64,000 nt of DNA from a virus. The stretch is taken from the IMG/VR virus record IMGVR_UViG_3300028584_001237; one strand, 5' to 3'. Positions 20,580 through 30,172 of the stretch are shown here, one piece after another (position 1 is the stretch's first letter; each line of letters opens with the position of its first letter). The position numbers were made by a program, and so were the translations under genes. The notes below the pieces were generated by a model. The model was not told where the DNA came from, made no database searches, and was given only the letters and a program-made list of their open reading frames with translations.

Positions 20580-20930
20580 TTAACCGTGTAATGGTGCCGA
20601 TTTACAAAACGAACGATTAGCCTCAACCAGACCATAGGAATAGGTAGCTTCGCCTTTTTTGTTAACGGATGAAAAAAGCCCTTCAGTCATGTCAATATTA
20701 TCACCCACACGATAGTTTTTCAGGCAAGACTTAGCTACACGCTCTGTATACACTCGATCCGACTCAGAATCCATAATAGAGACGGATGCAGAGAACATGG
20801 CTGGGTGGAGAGGCAATACAATTTCTGTAATCTTGTAGCTTTTGTTCGCTACAGAAACTTCTTTGACCACAGGACTGTCACAGCCAACGAGAGCCAGTGC
20901 CAAAAGACAAATACCAATAATTTTTTTCAT
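20580..20930 (-). CDS. lipoprotein
   Basis: MKKIIGICLLALALVG-C lipobox. Confidence 0.8.
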   Translation of the reverse strand: MKKIIGICLLALALVGCDSPVVKEVSVANKSYKITEIVLPLHPAMFSASVSIMDSESDRVYTERVAKSCLKNYRVGDNIDMTEGLFSSVNKKGEATYSYGLVEANRSFCKSAPLHG

Positions 20931-20943
20931 TATAAATACCTCG

Positions 20944-21717
20944 TTATTGAATATGGATCATTTCGAAAAGTGGAAGTTTATCACCAAAAGCTACATCATC
21001 TGCATGAAATGGCGACGTAGAATCTGGCTGTCCTTCATGGAATTTTGTAATCACATTGTCTACAAACTTGTGAACAAACTTATCAATGTCTTCACCTACA
21101 TTGAAAACCTTATTTTCAGTGAAAAAACCTTCATAAATATTGACTGTTTCTGTAATAACATGAATAGTTTGATCATCAAGATTAAAACCTACACGAAAAT
21201 CGCTGGCGGTATTGGTTAACAATGACATCGCCGCCATCGGTTTCAATGTATTGTCTTCTGTGAAACGATAGGAGAACTGAGCAATACAGCCATACTCTTT
21301 GTTGCCCACTTTCGACACAAGATTGAAACGGGTATCTGCATCGTAAAAGTCCATAAAATCGTCAGCAAATGACTTGGTGAAGTATTTGCTAAGGTCCATC
21401 GGTTGGATGGGCTGAAAGACTTCATTGAACAGTTTATTATTATTCACTTCAGCTGTAAAGGTGTTCAAGACAAGAGCAGCTTCAGTGTAATAAGTGTCTA
21501 ATCCAAAAAGCGGACAGATATCTGCGAGATGATCGTTGTGAATGGATACACTGTAAATGCTGTTACCACACACATTGAAAAACAATTTCATATCACCATC
21601 ACCAACCGACACAAAAATTTCTGAGCCACCTTCGCTCACTCTGTGCTTGTCATGTGGAAAATGCTTATCCAAAAACTTATGGACTAGCTCAAGCATTTGA
21701 TTGTTGATATCTGTCAT
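20944..21717 (-). CDS. C-terminal motif family protein; paralog of 22618..23403
   Basis: ends DDVAFGDKLPLFEMIHIQ; full-length similarity. Confidence 0.85.
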   Translation of the reverse strand: MTDINNQMLELVHKFLDKHFPHDKHRVSEGGSEIFVSVGDGDMKLFFNVCGNSIYSVSIHNDHLADICPLFGLDTYYTEAALVLNTFTAEVNNNKLFNEVFQPIQPMDLSKYFTKSFADDFMDFYDADTRFNLVSKVGNKEYGCIAQFSYRFTEDNTLKPMAAMSLLTNTASDFRVGFNLDDQTIHVITETVNIYEGFFTENKVFNVGEDIDKFVHKFVDNVITKFHEGQPDSTSPFHADDVAFGDKLPLFEMIHIQ

Positions 21718-21818
21718 GACTGATGACCTCTATAATATATGGGAGTATTATACCACAATTTAGCTTTTTTTGAAACAAAAAAAAGAAGCATGAGCTTCTT
21801 TATTTGATCTGAATAGGT

Positions 21819-22034
21819 TTACAAGTCGTAGACTTTTCCGCCAATCTCAATACTTTCAATTTTATTTCCATTAAATTTTGGAAAGGATGCAGCAGGGGCG
21901 GCCTTAGACGATTCTGGTTTGTCATCCAAATGATACACCTTACCACCGATTTCAATATAGCCATCAGAAGTTGGGCCAGAATCATATTGTTTTTCGGGTC
22001 GCTCATCAAAATCATTATCAAAAACCATTACCAT
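21819..22034 (-). CDS. small protein with two IEIGGKVYxL repeats
   Basis: GGAG SD; internal repeat visible in translation. Confidence 0.75.
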   Translation of the reverse strand: MVMVFDNDFDERPEKQYDSGPTSDGYIEIGGKVYHLDDKPESSKAAPAASFPKFNGNKIESIEIGGKVYDL

Positions 22035-22045
22035 GTTTAAATCTC

Positions 22046-22588
22046 CTAACAGATTCGTTTATTTTCAAAATAATTATTGGTTGGGGTATATCGAACTTTA
22101 TCCCAAATATGTTGCATTGTAAAGAGATAAACCAAATAACAAATAGAGGCAAAAAGTGTAATGAAAAACAGCATAGATCCAAGAAATGTATAAGATCCAC
22201 CCCAGAAATCACCATCTAGCATATCACCACGAATACTGAGTGTCATTGGGATTGGCTTTCCCACGCCTGCTTCGAACTCGTAAGACAGTTTATTGTTAAT
22301 AGTTGTTGTGAAGGGTTTCCCAGTTTTCTGGTCAATGAAATGACCTTTAAGGCTAACAATCCATTGATCGAGGTCATTATAGGTGCGGTCACCTTTACGA
22401 CTCACTTTAAAAGTCTTGTCGAGGCTGGTATCAACTAATGTGACTTGTCGATCATGTGGTGCTGTTCGATGGGAACCCTCAGAAATAATGGCAAAGCTTG
22501 CCCAAAAACTCAAACCTAAAAGGACAGCCAACAACACGTTAACAATTGTGGCTTTACCCCTGTTTTTTAAAATCTGATATGTTTGCAT
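22046..22588 (-). CDS. membrane protein (2 TM, periplasmic loop)
   Basis: hydrophobic N- and C-terminal segments. Confidence 0.8.
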   Translation of the reverse strand: MQTYQILKNRGKATIVNVLLAVLLGLSFWASFAIISEGSHRTAPHDRQVTLVDTSLDKTFKVSRKGDRTYNDLDQWIVSLKGHFIDQKTGKPFTTTINNKLSYEFEAGVGKPIPMTLSIRGDMLDGDFWGGSYTFLGSMLFFITLFASICYLVYLFTMQHIWDKVRYTPTNNYFENKRIC

Positions 22589-22617
22589 GAAAGAGTCTCC
22601 AATAATTATTAAGTATT

Positions 22618-23403
22618 TTAAATCGCACTCATTTTAAAAAGTTCCAATTTGTCTTTAAACGACACATCATCTGGAATAAATTGCTCTTCGGGGCGATCTT
22701 TATGGAAACATGTAATCCAGTCATTCAAAAAGTTAACCACAAACGCATTGATTTCAGTTTCAAAATTGAACGCTTTATTACTAACAAAAAAGTCCTCATA
22801 GATATCAACAGTCTCAGTAATGCTATGAACGGTTTGATTATCGAGGTCAAACCCCACACCGATTCGATAATAAGCCATTTCACCATAAAACAAGGCAATT
22901 GCAGGCAAACATTTCAGTTTATTGGTTTTGGTGAACCGAAAAGCAAACTGAGCAATACCTTGGCGTTTAACGCTACCGGTTTTCGTAATCAATGAAACCC
23001 TTTCGTCAGCATCATAAATGTCTTTGTAGGTGTCTTCAAACTTAGAATAAGTCGTCATGTGTTTACTGAAATCGACCATCGGAACAGGATTAAATACTTG
23101 ATTGAAGGCTTCATTTTTGTTGAGACTTTGGATAAAGTCATTGAGAATGTTTGTCGATTCCGGCTGAAATTCATTCAAACCAAAAAGGGGAGCGATGGCG
23201 TCAAAATGCTCTTCATGAATAACAACATTGTAAACACTATTACTTAACAGACGAAAAGACAATTTAAAATTGCGTTCTACACCCACATCTACGGCAAATT
23301 CACTGCCAACTGGACGAATACTATGTGGATCATTCGGAAAATGTTCATCCAAGAACTTTTCGGTCAAAGTTACCATCATGTTTTGAGTGTCGGTCATTAT
23401 CAT
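22618..23403 (-). CDS. C-terminal motif family protein; paralog of 20944..21717
   Basis: ends DDVSFKDKLELFKMSAI. Confidence 0.85.
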   Translation of the reverse strand: MIMTDTQNMMVTLTEKFLDEHFPNDPHSIRPVGSEFAVDVGVERNFKLSFRLLSNSVYNVVIHEEHFDAIAPLFGLNEFQPESTNILNDFIQSLNKNEAFNQVFNPVPMVDFSKHMTTYSKFEDTYKDIYDADERVSLITKTGSVKRQGIAQFAFRFTKTNKLKCLPAIALFYGEMAYYRIGVGFDLDNQTVHSITETVDIYEDFFVSNKAFNFETEINAFVVNFLNDWITCFHKDRPEEQFIPDDVSFKDKLELFKMSAI

Positions 23404-23474
23404 AGCCCTTTAAATATATAGTTGGATTATACCATAGCTCAAAGGAAAATGATATAAAAATAGCTATAAAACTG

Positions 23475-23864
23475 TTATTCAATAACTGTAAACAAAACAG
23501 CAGGGCCAGTGGTATAAAAGCTTTTGTCGTCAATAGAAACAGATACTTTGGGATTAGCACCGCCTCGAAGCACAATGCCAGTATACTCTTCATCATTAAA
23601 GATGAATTTTACTTTTGAACCTTTTTTGATAGTGATGAAACACTCATCGTAAGCTTTTCTTAGAATGGCTGGCATATCCGATTTTGACAATTTGGTGAAA
23701 TTATTGCTACCGGCTGAAACACCTGTCACCGTTTTCAAGGCATTGCTTTCCGGGTCAAGCAAAACGAGCGTCACCAGATCTCGACCACTGCGAACAAAGC
23801 CAACATAGCTTTTGCCATCGGAATAGTCGATTCGAAAAAAATCTTTGCGATTAAGATGACTCAT
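23475..23864 (-). CDS. hypothetical protein (SH3-like beta repeats possible)
   Basis: 129 aa ORF, GAGG SD. Confidence 0.75.
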   Translation of the reverse strand: MSHLNRKDFFRIDYSDGKSYVGFVRSGRDLVTLVLLDPESNALKTVTGVSAGSNNFTKLSKSDMPAILRKAYDECFITIKKGSKVKFIFNDEEYTGIVLRGGANPKVSVSIDDKSFYTTGPAVLFTVIE

Positions 23865-23896
23865 TGGATTACCCTCATAATTTTAAAGTAAACAGG

Positions 23897-23922
23897 AAAA
23901 AGAGGCCGCAGCCTCTTTTTTT
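23897..23922 (-). terminator. intrinsic terminator (GAGGC family)
   Basis: GAGGCCGCAGCCTC hairpin with tracts. Confidence 0.85.
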
Positions 23923-23927
23923 TACAT

Positions 23928-24278
23928 TCATTTGTCTTCTTTTGCTTCCCTGAACAACGTCATGGAGCTTTTCAAGATGGCCGTTTCTTCTTCATCAAAT
24001 CCCACAAGAAGAACTTCGTTCATGGATTTCAGGCCAACAAAACGAGCGAGAAAACCAGCGTCGAACCAAGCCCTGCCAAGACATTCTTTTTTCGACAAAC
24101 CACTTTTCTGAGTTTGCCAGCAGTTATGCTCAAGAATGCCATCCAGAAAGAAAGGGTCATCACCAAAATCAGTTCGAACTAAACGAACAAAGAATTGTTC
24201 ATTGCCAGAAGATTCACGCATCTTGACGATTTTAACTTCAACATTTGGCAATTTATCCAGCTTGGCTCGCTTCTTCAT
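23928..24278 (-). CDS. hypothetical protein
   Basis: 116 aa ORF. Confidence 0.8.
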   Translation of the reverse strand: MKKRAKLDKLPNVEVKIVKMRESSGNEQFFVRLVRTDFGDDPFFLDGILEHNCWQTQKSGLSKKECLGRAWFDAGFLARFVGLKSMNEVLLVGFDEEETAILKSSMTLFREAKEDK

Positions 24279-24480
24279 TAGTCGTATCCCTATAATTAGT
24301 CATTTCAATTTTGTATTCGTCATTATAGCAAATATTAGGTGTATAGACAAGATATTTTTTTTTGAGATTTTGAGATATTATTATTTTCTTGGTGATAAAA
24401 AATCATTATATGATATATTTATTGTGGATTGACATGGTGACATAAATTGTTATTATATTTTTATACAAAGGAGTATAAAA

Positions 24481-24948
24481 ATGAAAAATGAAAAAATGAT
24501 AAATCGTGATAAAACACTTGCTATAATATTCATGGGGTGCCTTCCATTTTTAAAAGTAGTCATAGAGTTTTTATTATTAAAAAGTGGGGTTAACCCTAGA
24601 ATGACAGAACAAACATTAAGTATTCCACTAACAGGTGCTATCATTGCCAATATATTGGCTTTAATAATTGGATTCGCTATTTTTAAAATGATAACAAAAG
24701 TACCCAAGATATCAGAACAACATTGGTTAGCAAGTTTATTCATGCCATTCATTATCGCATTAGTTAGTGCTATCTTTGCACTTTCAACTTGTTATAGTAT
24801 AATAAGTGCATCAAGTGTATTGCTAATTGATATCTGTGTATTTAATATAATGACTCTTTCAATTGTTGCACTAATTGGCTGGATTAGTATTGTGCCATTT
24901 ACAACGAATATCACTAGTGATAAACGTATGAAACTGGAAATGATTTAA
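24481..24948 (+). CDS. integral membrane protein (about 4 TM)
   Basis: hydrophobic, very AT-rich, AAGGAG SD. Confidence 0.8.
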   Translation: MKNEKMINRDKTLAIIFMGCLPFLKVVIEFLLLKSGVNPRMTEQTLSIPLTGAIIANILALIIGFAIFKMITKVPKISEQHWLASLFMPFIIALVSAIFALSTCYSIISASSVLLIDICVFNIMTLSIVALIGWISIVPFTTNITSDKRMKLEMI

Positions 24949-25120
24949 AACATATATAAACCATTAAAAAAGAGACAATGATGTCTCTTTTCTTATTTCT
25001 TATTTCTTATATGATTTAAGAATTTAAACTAATTCCATAATAAAACCATCTCATATAACTTTAAATGAGATATGGTAATATTTTTTCGATTAATATCTAA
25101 GTTTTTTTCAATATGATTAA

Positions 25121-25522
25121 TTAAACTTGTTCAACCTTGGCAGCTTCTTCCCGAGCAAGTCGAGCTTCTGCAGTCAATGCTTCCAATGTGTCAATAGTGC
25201 GAGCAAACACATCTTGAACGTGTTCAAAAACAGATTCATCCGAAAGCTTCTTCTTCAAAATATTCAAGAACACAGCCCCTTGTTCACGGAACGTTTCCAG
25301 ATCGCATTGGCGAGCTTCACATTCACCCGTATCAACGACCATATCTTCGGGTTGGTTGAACCCAGCCAACATACGGTTAAGGCAGAAGGAAACAAAGCCA
25401 TTCGCTACATAGTAGACACCCATTGAATTGGTATAGTCAATGAATTTGAATTTGAAATCACGAACCTTTTCGGCATCTTCTGCAGAGACTTGGATAGCCT
25501 TAATGGTAAACGTCTTCGACAT
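25121..25522 (-). CDS. hypothetical protein
   Basis: 133 aa, GAGG SD. Confidence 0.85.
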   Translation of the reverse strand: MSKTFTIKAIQVSAEDAEKVRDFKFKFIDYTNSMGVYYVANGFVSFCLNRMLAGFNQPEDMVVDTGECEARQCDLETFREQGAVFLNILKKKLSDESVFEHVQDVFARTIDTLEALTAEARLAREEAAKVEQV

Positions 25523-25580
25523 GGTGTAATCCTCTTAAATTGAACACTGATTATAGCATGAAATAAGGTGGAGTTGTGGA

Positions 25581-26282
25581 TTATTTAGCAAAATCCAATG
25601 TTTTATGGGCAGTGCCTTTTGAAAGGTTATACAAACCCAGCACAGAGCTTTTAATGCTGTCTGCCGCGTTAGCTTTCTGGATTTGTTCTTTATTGACATT
25701 AATGGTGACACCATCAAAATCAAAGTTCCAGTAGCCATTGTTCACATTGACCTTCATGCCATTCATTTTCAAAGAAACACCGGGCGTATGACCAAAAATA
25801 CGAACAATCTCGATACCGTTGAACACATCCTTATGACCCATGTTGGTATAAGAGAATGATGACTTTTTCATATGAGCATAGAATTCGCCATTGAACTCAA
25901 ACAAATCATCAAAAGCCTTGATGTTTTCAAACATGTCTTTGAATTCGACAAGGGGGAGATTGCTTTTGTAGTAAGCGGCATCTTCCATCGTTCCATCAAT
26001 GACTTCTGCAATAGACTGGCTACCATCCAGCGGATAGATAAATTGGTGATAATCATTCGGAATGAAAGGGAATGATTTAGTAAGGCCAAAATAAAGATCG
26101 CCCATGTTCAAGTTGAAAGAAAACTCAACTGCCACATCCTTACGCATCAGTAAAATTTCAGCTAACAGGGTTTGAACAAAGCTGTTCACGGCGGGCTGGT
26201 GTTCTGCAGGAACCTTGAAAGAACCCGAGGCAATCTCTGAGAGTTTTACTTCGTATGTGTCAAACTGTTTAAATTCGGTCAT
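25581..26282 (-). CDS. hypothetical protein
   Basis: 233 aa, AGGAG SD, TG-TATAAT promoter. Confidence 0.85.
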   Translation of the reverse strand: MTEFKQFDTYEVKLSEIASGSFKVPAEHQPAVNSFVQTLLAEILLMRKDVAVEFSFNLNMGDLYFGLTKSFPFIPNDYHQFIYPLDGSQSIAEVIDGTMEDAAYYKSNLPLVEFKDMFENIKAFDDLFEFNGEFYAHMKKSSFSYTNMGHKDVFNGIEIVRIFGHTPGVSLKMNGMKVNVNNGYWNFDFDGVTINVNKEQIQKANAADSIKSSVLGLYNLSKGTAHKTLDFAK

Positions 26283-26355
26283 TTCAAGTCTCCTGAATGT
26301 GTGGCAATTATAACATAAAAAGACTTTTTAATCAAATTTTTAGACTGACAATAGG

Positions 26356-27108
26356 TCAAAATTTGACCATATCCACCAGAATTAATCTATCTGTAAAGTT
26401 TGAATTATTGTAATCACAAACACAATCATTGACTAATTCAGGAAGTAGACTAACAGTAATTGGATCTTGTTTCATCTTCTCAATGATATACGAAAGATAA
26501 AGGTCATTGATACTATAACATGAAACCGGATACTCTTGATAATCAATTCTATTACCATACATTTCTTCTAAGTCATAAGTTTCCAAAGACAAAAAAATTG
26601 TATCTAAATTTCTATTCTTAGATATTTTAATGTCTTTATAAATAAATATTGGACTTAATCGTAAAGGTTCATTGACAACAAACCTAATAGTGATTGTTTG
26701 ATCCACTTGGATAACCTTACCTTTTCCATAAGAAATAGTAATGTGTTCAGATAACTCTGAATCATCAAATTTTAATGGATGAATATTGGGTTCAATTGCT
26801 GCTGACAACAGATCAGTTGTAACACTCAGAAAACCATTCCAAGCATATGAACCAGAAGCCAGAATAACCTTTGTTTTTTTATGCCTAATAACAAAGCCAT
26901 TAAATAAATAGAAAACAACAATGTAATCTTGATGGTTAAACAGCTCAGTATTATATAAGTTGTTCAAAACAATGCATAAATCTTTTTTTAACTTATCAAA
27001 TTTAAAAAATTTAGCGATTAACCAATAAAATGGCAATAATAAAATCCAAGCCATAACGAACAACGCCGAGAAAATCCTAAAAATAATCAAATCATAACTC
27101 CTAAACAA
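26356..27108 (-). CDS. C-terminal motif family protein with N-terminal hydrophobic segment
   Basis: ends LLPELV...DRLILVDMVKF; start uncertain. Confidence 0.8.
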   Translation of the reverse strand: MFRSYDLIIFRIFSALFVMAWILLLPFYWLIAKFFKFDKLKKDLCIVLNNLYNTELFNHQDYIVVFYLFNGFVIRHKKTKVILASGSYAWNGFLSVTTDLLSAAIEPNIHPLKFDDSELSEHITISYGKGKVIQVDQTITIRFVVNEPLRLSPIFIYKDIKISKNRNLDTIFLSLETYDLEEMYGNRIDYQEYPVSCYSINDLYLSYIIEKMKQDPITVSLLPELVNDCVCDYNNSNFTDRLILVDMVKF

Positions 27109-27126
27109 AAAAGAGGCCGAAGCCTC

Positions 27127-27828
27127 TTACTTTTTACCATATTGTGGGTCAGAATAACGTGCTTCAAACTCTGACCAAGCAATTTGTTCTGGCAGGCTAT
27201 CAATAATGTTAGCATAATCTGTTTTCAAAAGGTCAGCCGGCACATAAACCGCATAACGAGAACCAATGAAGTCAGCCAAACTCTGCCAAAAATAGGGATC
27301 ATCTGAAAGATTGGTATTAGCTGAAATGAACTGAAATTTTACTCGACCAGCACGCAGACGAAAACCAAATTTGTAGTAACGAGTAGCAACACCACCAATT
27401 TCTTCAAAATCATACTTGACTTCAAAGACAGAATCTTCTTCAAACATTTTATAGACAGCCATCACAATATCATTGTTAGTGTCTACAATGGCATTATGGT
27501 CTTCAATCCAATTGTTTTTATCAAAACTTTTGGTCTTCCAATCAATATAGACTCGAAGATATTTGCTTTCATCATTCTCGATGGTAGACAAAGGCGTTTT
27601 GAAAGCGTTGCTAGGTGTCATGGAACGTGGACGGTTGCGGTGAGTTAACGAATTATCAGTATAGCCAAAATGAACACACTTCTGCATTTCAGAATGATAT
27701 AGCACATACAATCCACCTTGAAGAATGGCTGCACTCTCATTGCTCAACATGGTTTCAAGTTCTTCTTTACCCAAAATGGTTTCTAAAAGCAGAACAGCAC
27801 GTTCTTGAAGGCTACGCATAATGATCAC
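27127..27828 (-). CDS. hypothetical protein
   Basis: 233 aa; promoter TTGTTT-N17-TATAAT upstream; terminator at 27106-27128. Confidence 0.85.
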   Translation of the reverse strand: MIIMRSLQERAVLLLETILGKEELETMLSNESAAILQGGLYVLYHSEMQKCVHFGYTDNSLTHRNRPRSMTPSNAFKTPLSTIENDESKYLRVYIDWKTKSFDKNNWIEDHNAIVDTNNDIVMAVYKMFEEDSVFEVKYDFEEIGGVATRYYKFGFRLRAGRVKFQFISANTNLSDDPYFWQSLADFIGSRYAVYVPADLLKTDYANIIDSLPEQIAWSEFEARYSDPQYGKK

Positions 27829-27964
27829 CTTTAAATAATTTGAAGTATTATATCAAAAGTGCCGTGTCAAAACAATCTTTTTCTAAAAATAAATAAAAGA
27901 GATCCGAAGATCTCTTTTATTCTTATTTGTATGTATTAATAGCAGTAATGACAAAGATTTCGCC

Positions 27965-28402
27965 TCATTGAATCATAAAATTTTTAAATTCGTTTAAGCC
28001 AAAAATTTTTTGAAGTCTTGACCTTTTTTCTTCATGTTCAACTTTATTAGTATAATAATCCAGATATGTTTCGTCTAAAGTTATATTAAAACCTAATTTT
28101 TTTATTTTTTCTATATTTTCTTTAAAATATCTTGGAGTTATATCTAAGGTTTTTAAATTTATGCCTTCAAGCGTTAGATATTTCATTTTTGCAATTGCAG
28201 AATAAGCATCTCCACTTTCAACTGAAGCTATTAAGATGTTATTTTTTTCGTCAAAAAAATCTTTCTTAACTTTAAAGACAAGGTTCTTACCGAAAAAATT
28301 TTCGATTTTGTAATATGTATCTAAATGATTATCATCAATTTCTTTTTCTATATAACCAAAATCTCCGCTGTATTCATAAACTATATTTATTCTTAATAAC
28401 AT
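27965..28402 (-). CDS. very AT-rich hypothetical protein
   Basis: 145 aa, AGGAG SD. Confidence 0.75.
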   Translation of the reverse strand: MLLRINIVYEYSGDFGYIEKEIDDNHLDTYYKIENFFGKNLVFKVKKDFFDEKNNILIASVESGDAYSAIAKMKYLTLEGINLKTLDITPRYFKENIEKIKKLGFNITLDETYLDYYTNKVEHEEKRSRLQKIFGLNEFKNFMIQ

Positions 28403-28503
28403 ATTGTTCTCCTAAATTTAATACAGTTTAATATAAAAAAAAAATATTTCAAATAAATAAAAAAGAGGCCGAAGCCTCTTCTTTTTACATCTAACAATGA
28501 TTG

Positions 28504-29154
28504 TTATTTTTTCTTGCTACGTTCGTCAAATTTACCAAAAGTCGCAAAACTGAAGTCCTTATTCCGAAGTTTAAACATGCTTCCGTCAGGGTGATGAAAC
28601 ACCAAGCCTTCTTCATTAACCAACTTCTCAGCAAAGAGTTTTTTAAGCCCTTCAAAGGTGAAATCGGTCACTTCGAACTCAACACTCCCATGTTCCCACA
28701 ATTCGTGGCGGTCAAGGTTGTATGGATTACCATTTACCTTTGGGCCAACCAATTCGTAGGTTGCACCATCTTTAAGCTCACCAGCATTTGCAAGAGCCTC
28801 ACGATGAAATTTGTCTTCTGGGCCATCTCCCACTGGAACCCAATGTGGGAAGTGAAGACTGTGAGCTGCAGGAGCCGCCTCGCAAGGGATAGCACCTTCT
28901 GGAACTTCATTAAACATGTGATCTTCTGGCACAAACTTGTCACCCATGCTACGAGCCATCTTAGAGAAGTTAGACTTCAATTTACGGTCAAAGCGTTTGA
29001 ACAACTTGCCATCAGCAAAGTAGGCAGAAGAACCGTCGAACTTAATGGTTGCTTTACCTTCGCCTCGAATAACCCACTCTGCACCAGCAGTAAGCACATC
29101 GGAAGCCATGTCAGTATTACGGTCAATCACGAACAACGTTTTAATTTTTTTCAT
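28504..29154 (-). CDS. RNA ligase (DUF5565 / Rlig1-C12orf29-like nucleotidyltransferase)
   Basis: motif I ATIKFDGS, YELVGPKVNGNP, EGLVFHHPDG.MFKLR. Confidence 0.8.
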   Translation of the reverse strand: MKKIKTLFVIDRNTDMASDVLTAGAEWVIRGEGKATIKFDGSSAYFADGKLFKRFDRKLKSNFSKMARSMGDKFVPEDHMFNEVPEGAIPCEAAPAAHSLHFPHWVPVGDGPEDKFHREALANAGELKDGATYELVGPKVNGNPYNLDRHELWEHGSVEFEVTDFTFEGLKKLFAEKLVNEEGLVFHHPDGSMFKLRNKDFSFATFGKFDERSKKK

Positions 29155-29292
29155 GGAATTTCTCCTAGATGATTTAAGTAGTTTTCGAATCCAACCGCCT
29201 CAGCCTAGGGTGTTGCCTTGTTTACAGGATCGATTATAGCAAGATCTCGTATTCAAGGCAAGCTTTTTTCACTAATTTTTTAGAAAGAACTC

Positions 29293-29973
29293 TTAAACGA
29301 TCAGCATTCTGGCAATCGTCATATTAGACTCAATCTCATTCATATCAAAAGTGTAAGCACCTTCTACATAGAATGATTGAAAAAGATCTTGAACATCACA
29401 GTTGCTAGAATTCAAAAACAATTCAATAAACATCATTTCTTCATCTACCGAACACAGCATATCCTTTGTTTTCGATACATCGACAAGTGCCGTTTTATCT
29501 CCATTAACGCGTCGATAATGGATTTTTTCAATGTCAAAATTACTATCAAAAACAATAAAAATCTTGCTCATGATGAATTCAGAATTACGAAGAGCCAAAA
29601 AACTATAAGAAACTTCAAATTTTGACATCAATGCCGCTTCATCTGTATAAAACTTACACTCATTCCTGATGCGTAAGAAATCACTAGCATGAATGCTCAA
29701 TAAGAATGCAAAAATGGATTGGGTTGGTTGAAAGTTCAAAAGTTCAATCTTGAAAAGAGCTGGATCATACATTTCACCAAAATTTTTTATACAGTCATCA
29801 TTAAAAGAAGAACCGCAACCAAATCGTTCAAAAATGGTTTGAGAAATGTTTCTGATAACTGCGGTTGCCTTTCTTTTGGACTCTTTTTTCTGTTCTGCAA
29901 AAGGTATAAAAACAACAACATTATCTTTATTCTGTTGATACTGTTGAAACATGGAAGGTTGAGAGATCAACAT
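29293..29973 (-). CDS. C-terminal motif family protein; related to 2953..3645
   Basis: MLCSVDEEMMF ~ LLCSEEDELFL; ends GAYTF...MTIARMLIV. Confidence 0.8.
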   Translation of the reverse strand: MLISQPSMFQQYQQNKDNVVVFIPFAEQKKESKRKATAVIRNISQTIFERFGCGSSFNDDCIKNFGEMYDPALFKIELLNFQPTQSIFAFLLSIHASDFLRIRNECKFYTDEAALMSKFEVSYSFLALRNSEFIMSKIFIVFDSNFDIEKIHYRRVNGDKTALVDVSKTKDMLCSVDEEMMFIELFLNSSNCDVQDLFQSFYVEGAYTFDMNEIESNMTIARMLIV

Positions 29974-29998
29974 AAGTATACCTCAAAAAGACAAATAA

Positions 29999-30094
29999 TT
30001 ATTTAGCCTTTTGCGACTGAACTTCCGCAAGAGCATTAGGATTAAAGGAAGAACAAGCCAATCCAGAAATCAAAGCCGCGATAATTTTTTTCAT
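29999..30094 (-). CDS. 31-aa signal-peptide micro-protein MKKIIAALISGLACSSFNPNALAEVQSQKAK
   Basis: manually translated; AAGGA SD and own promoter TTGTTT-N17-TACAAT (30129-30157). Confidence 0.55.
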   Translation of the reverse strand: MKKIIAALISGLACSSFNPNALAEVQSQKAK

Positions 30095-30172
30095 GATTCT
30101 TTCCTTCTATAAAAGATTTTAGGCCATCATTGTATCAAAAAACACCCAAGAAAACAAACAAAATCGAGTTGA

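Noticed and set aside
25045-25078. Imperfect inverted repeat ACCATCTCAT...ATGAGATATGGT between convergent genes
   Set aside because: It occurs once, in an AT-rich spacer, with no associated transposase or second copy. It is most simply a terminator-like or chance hairpin.
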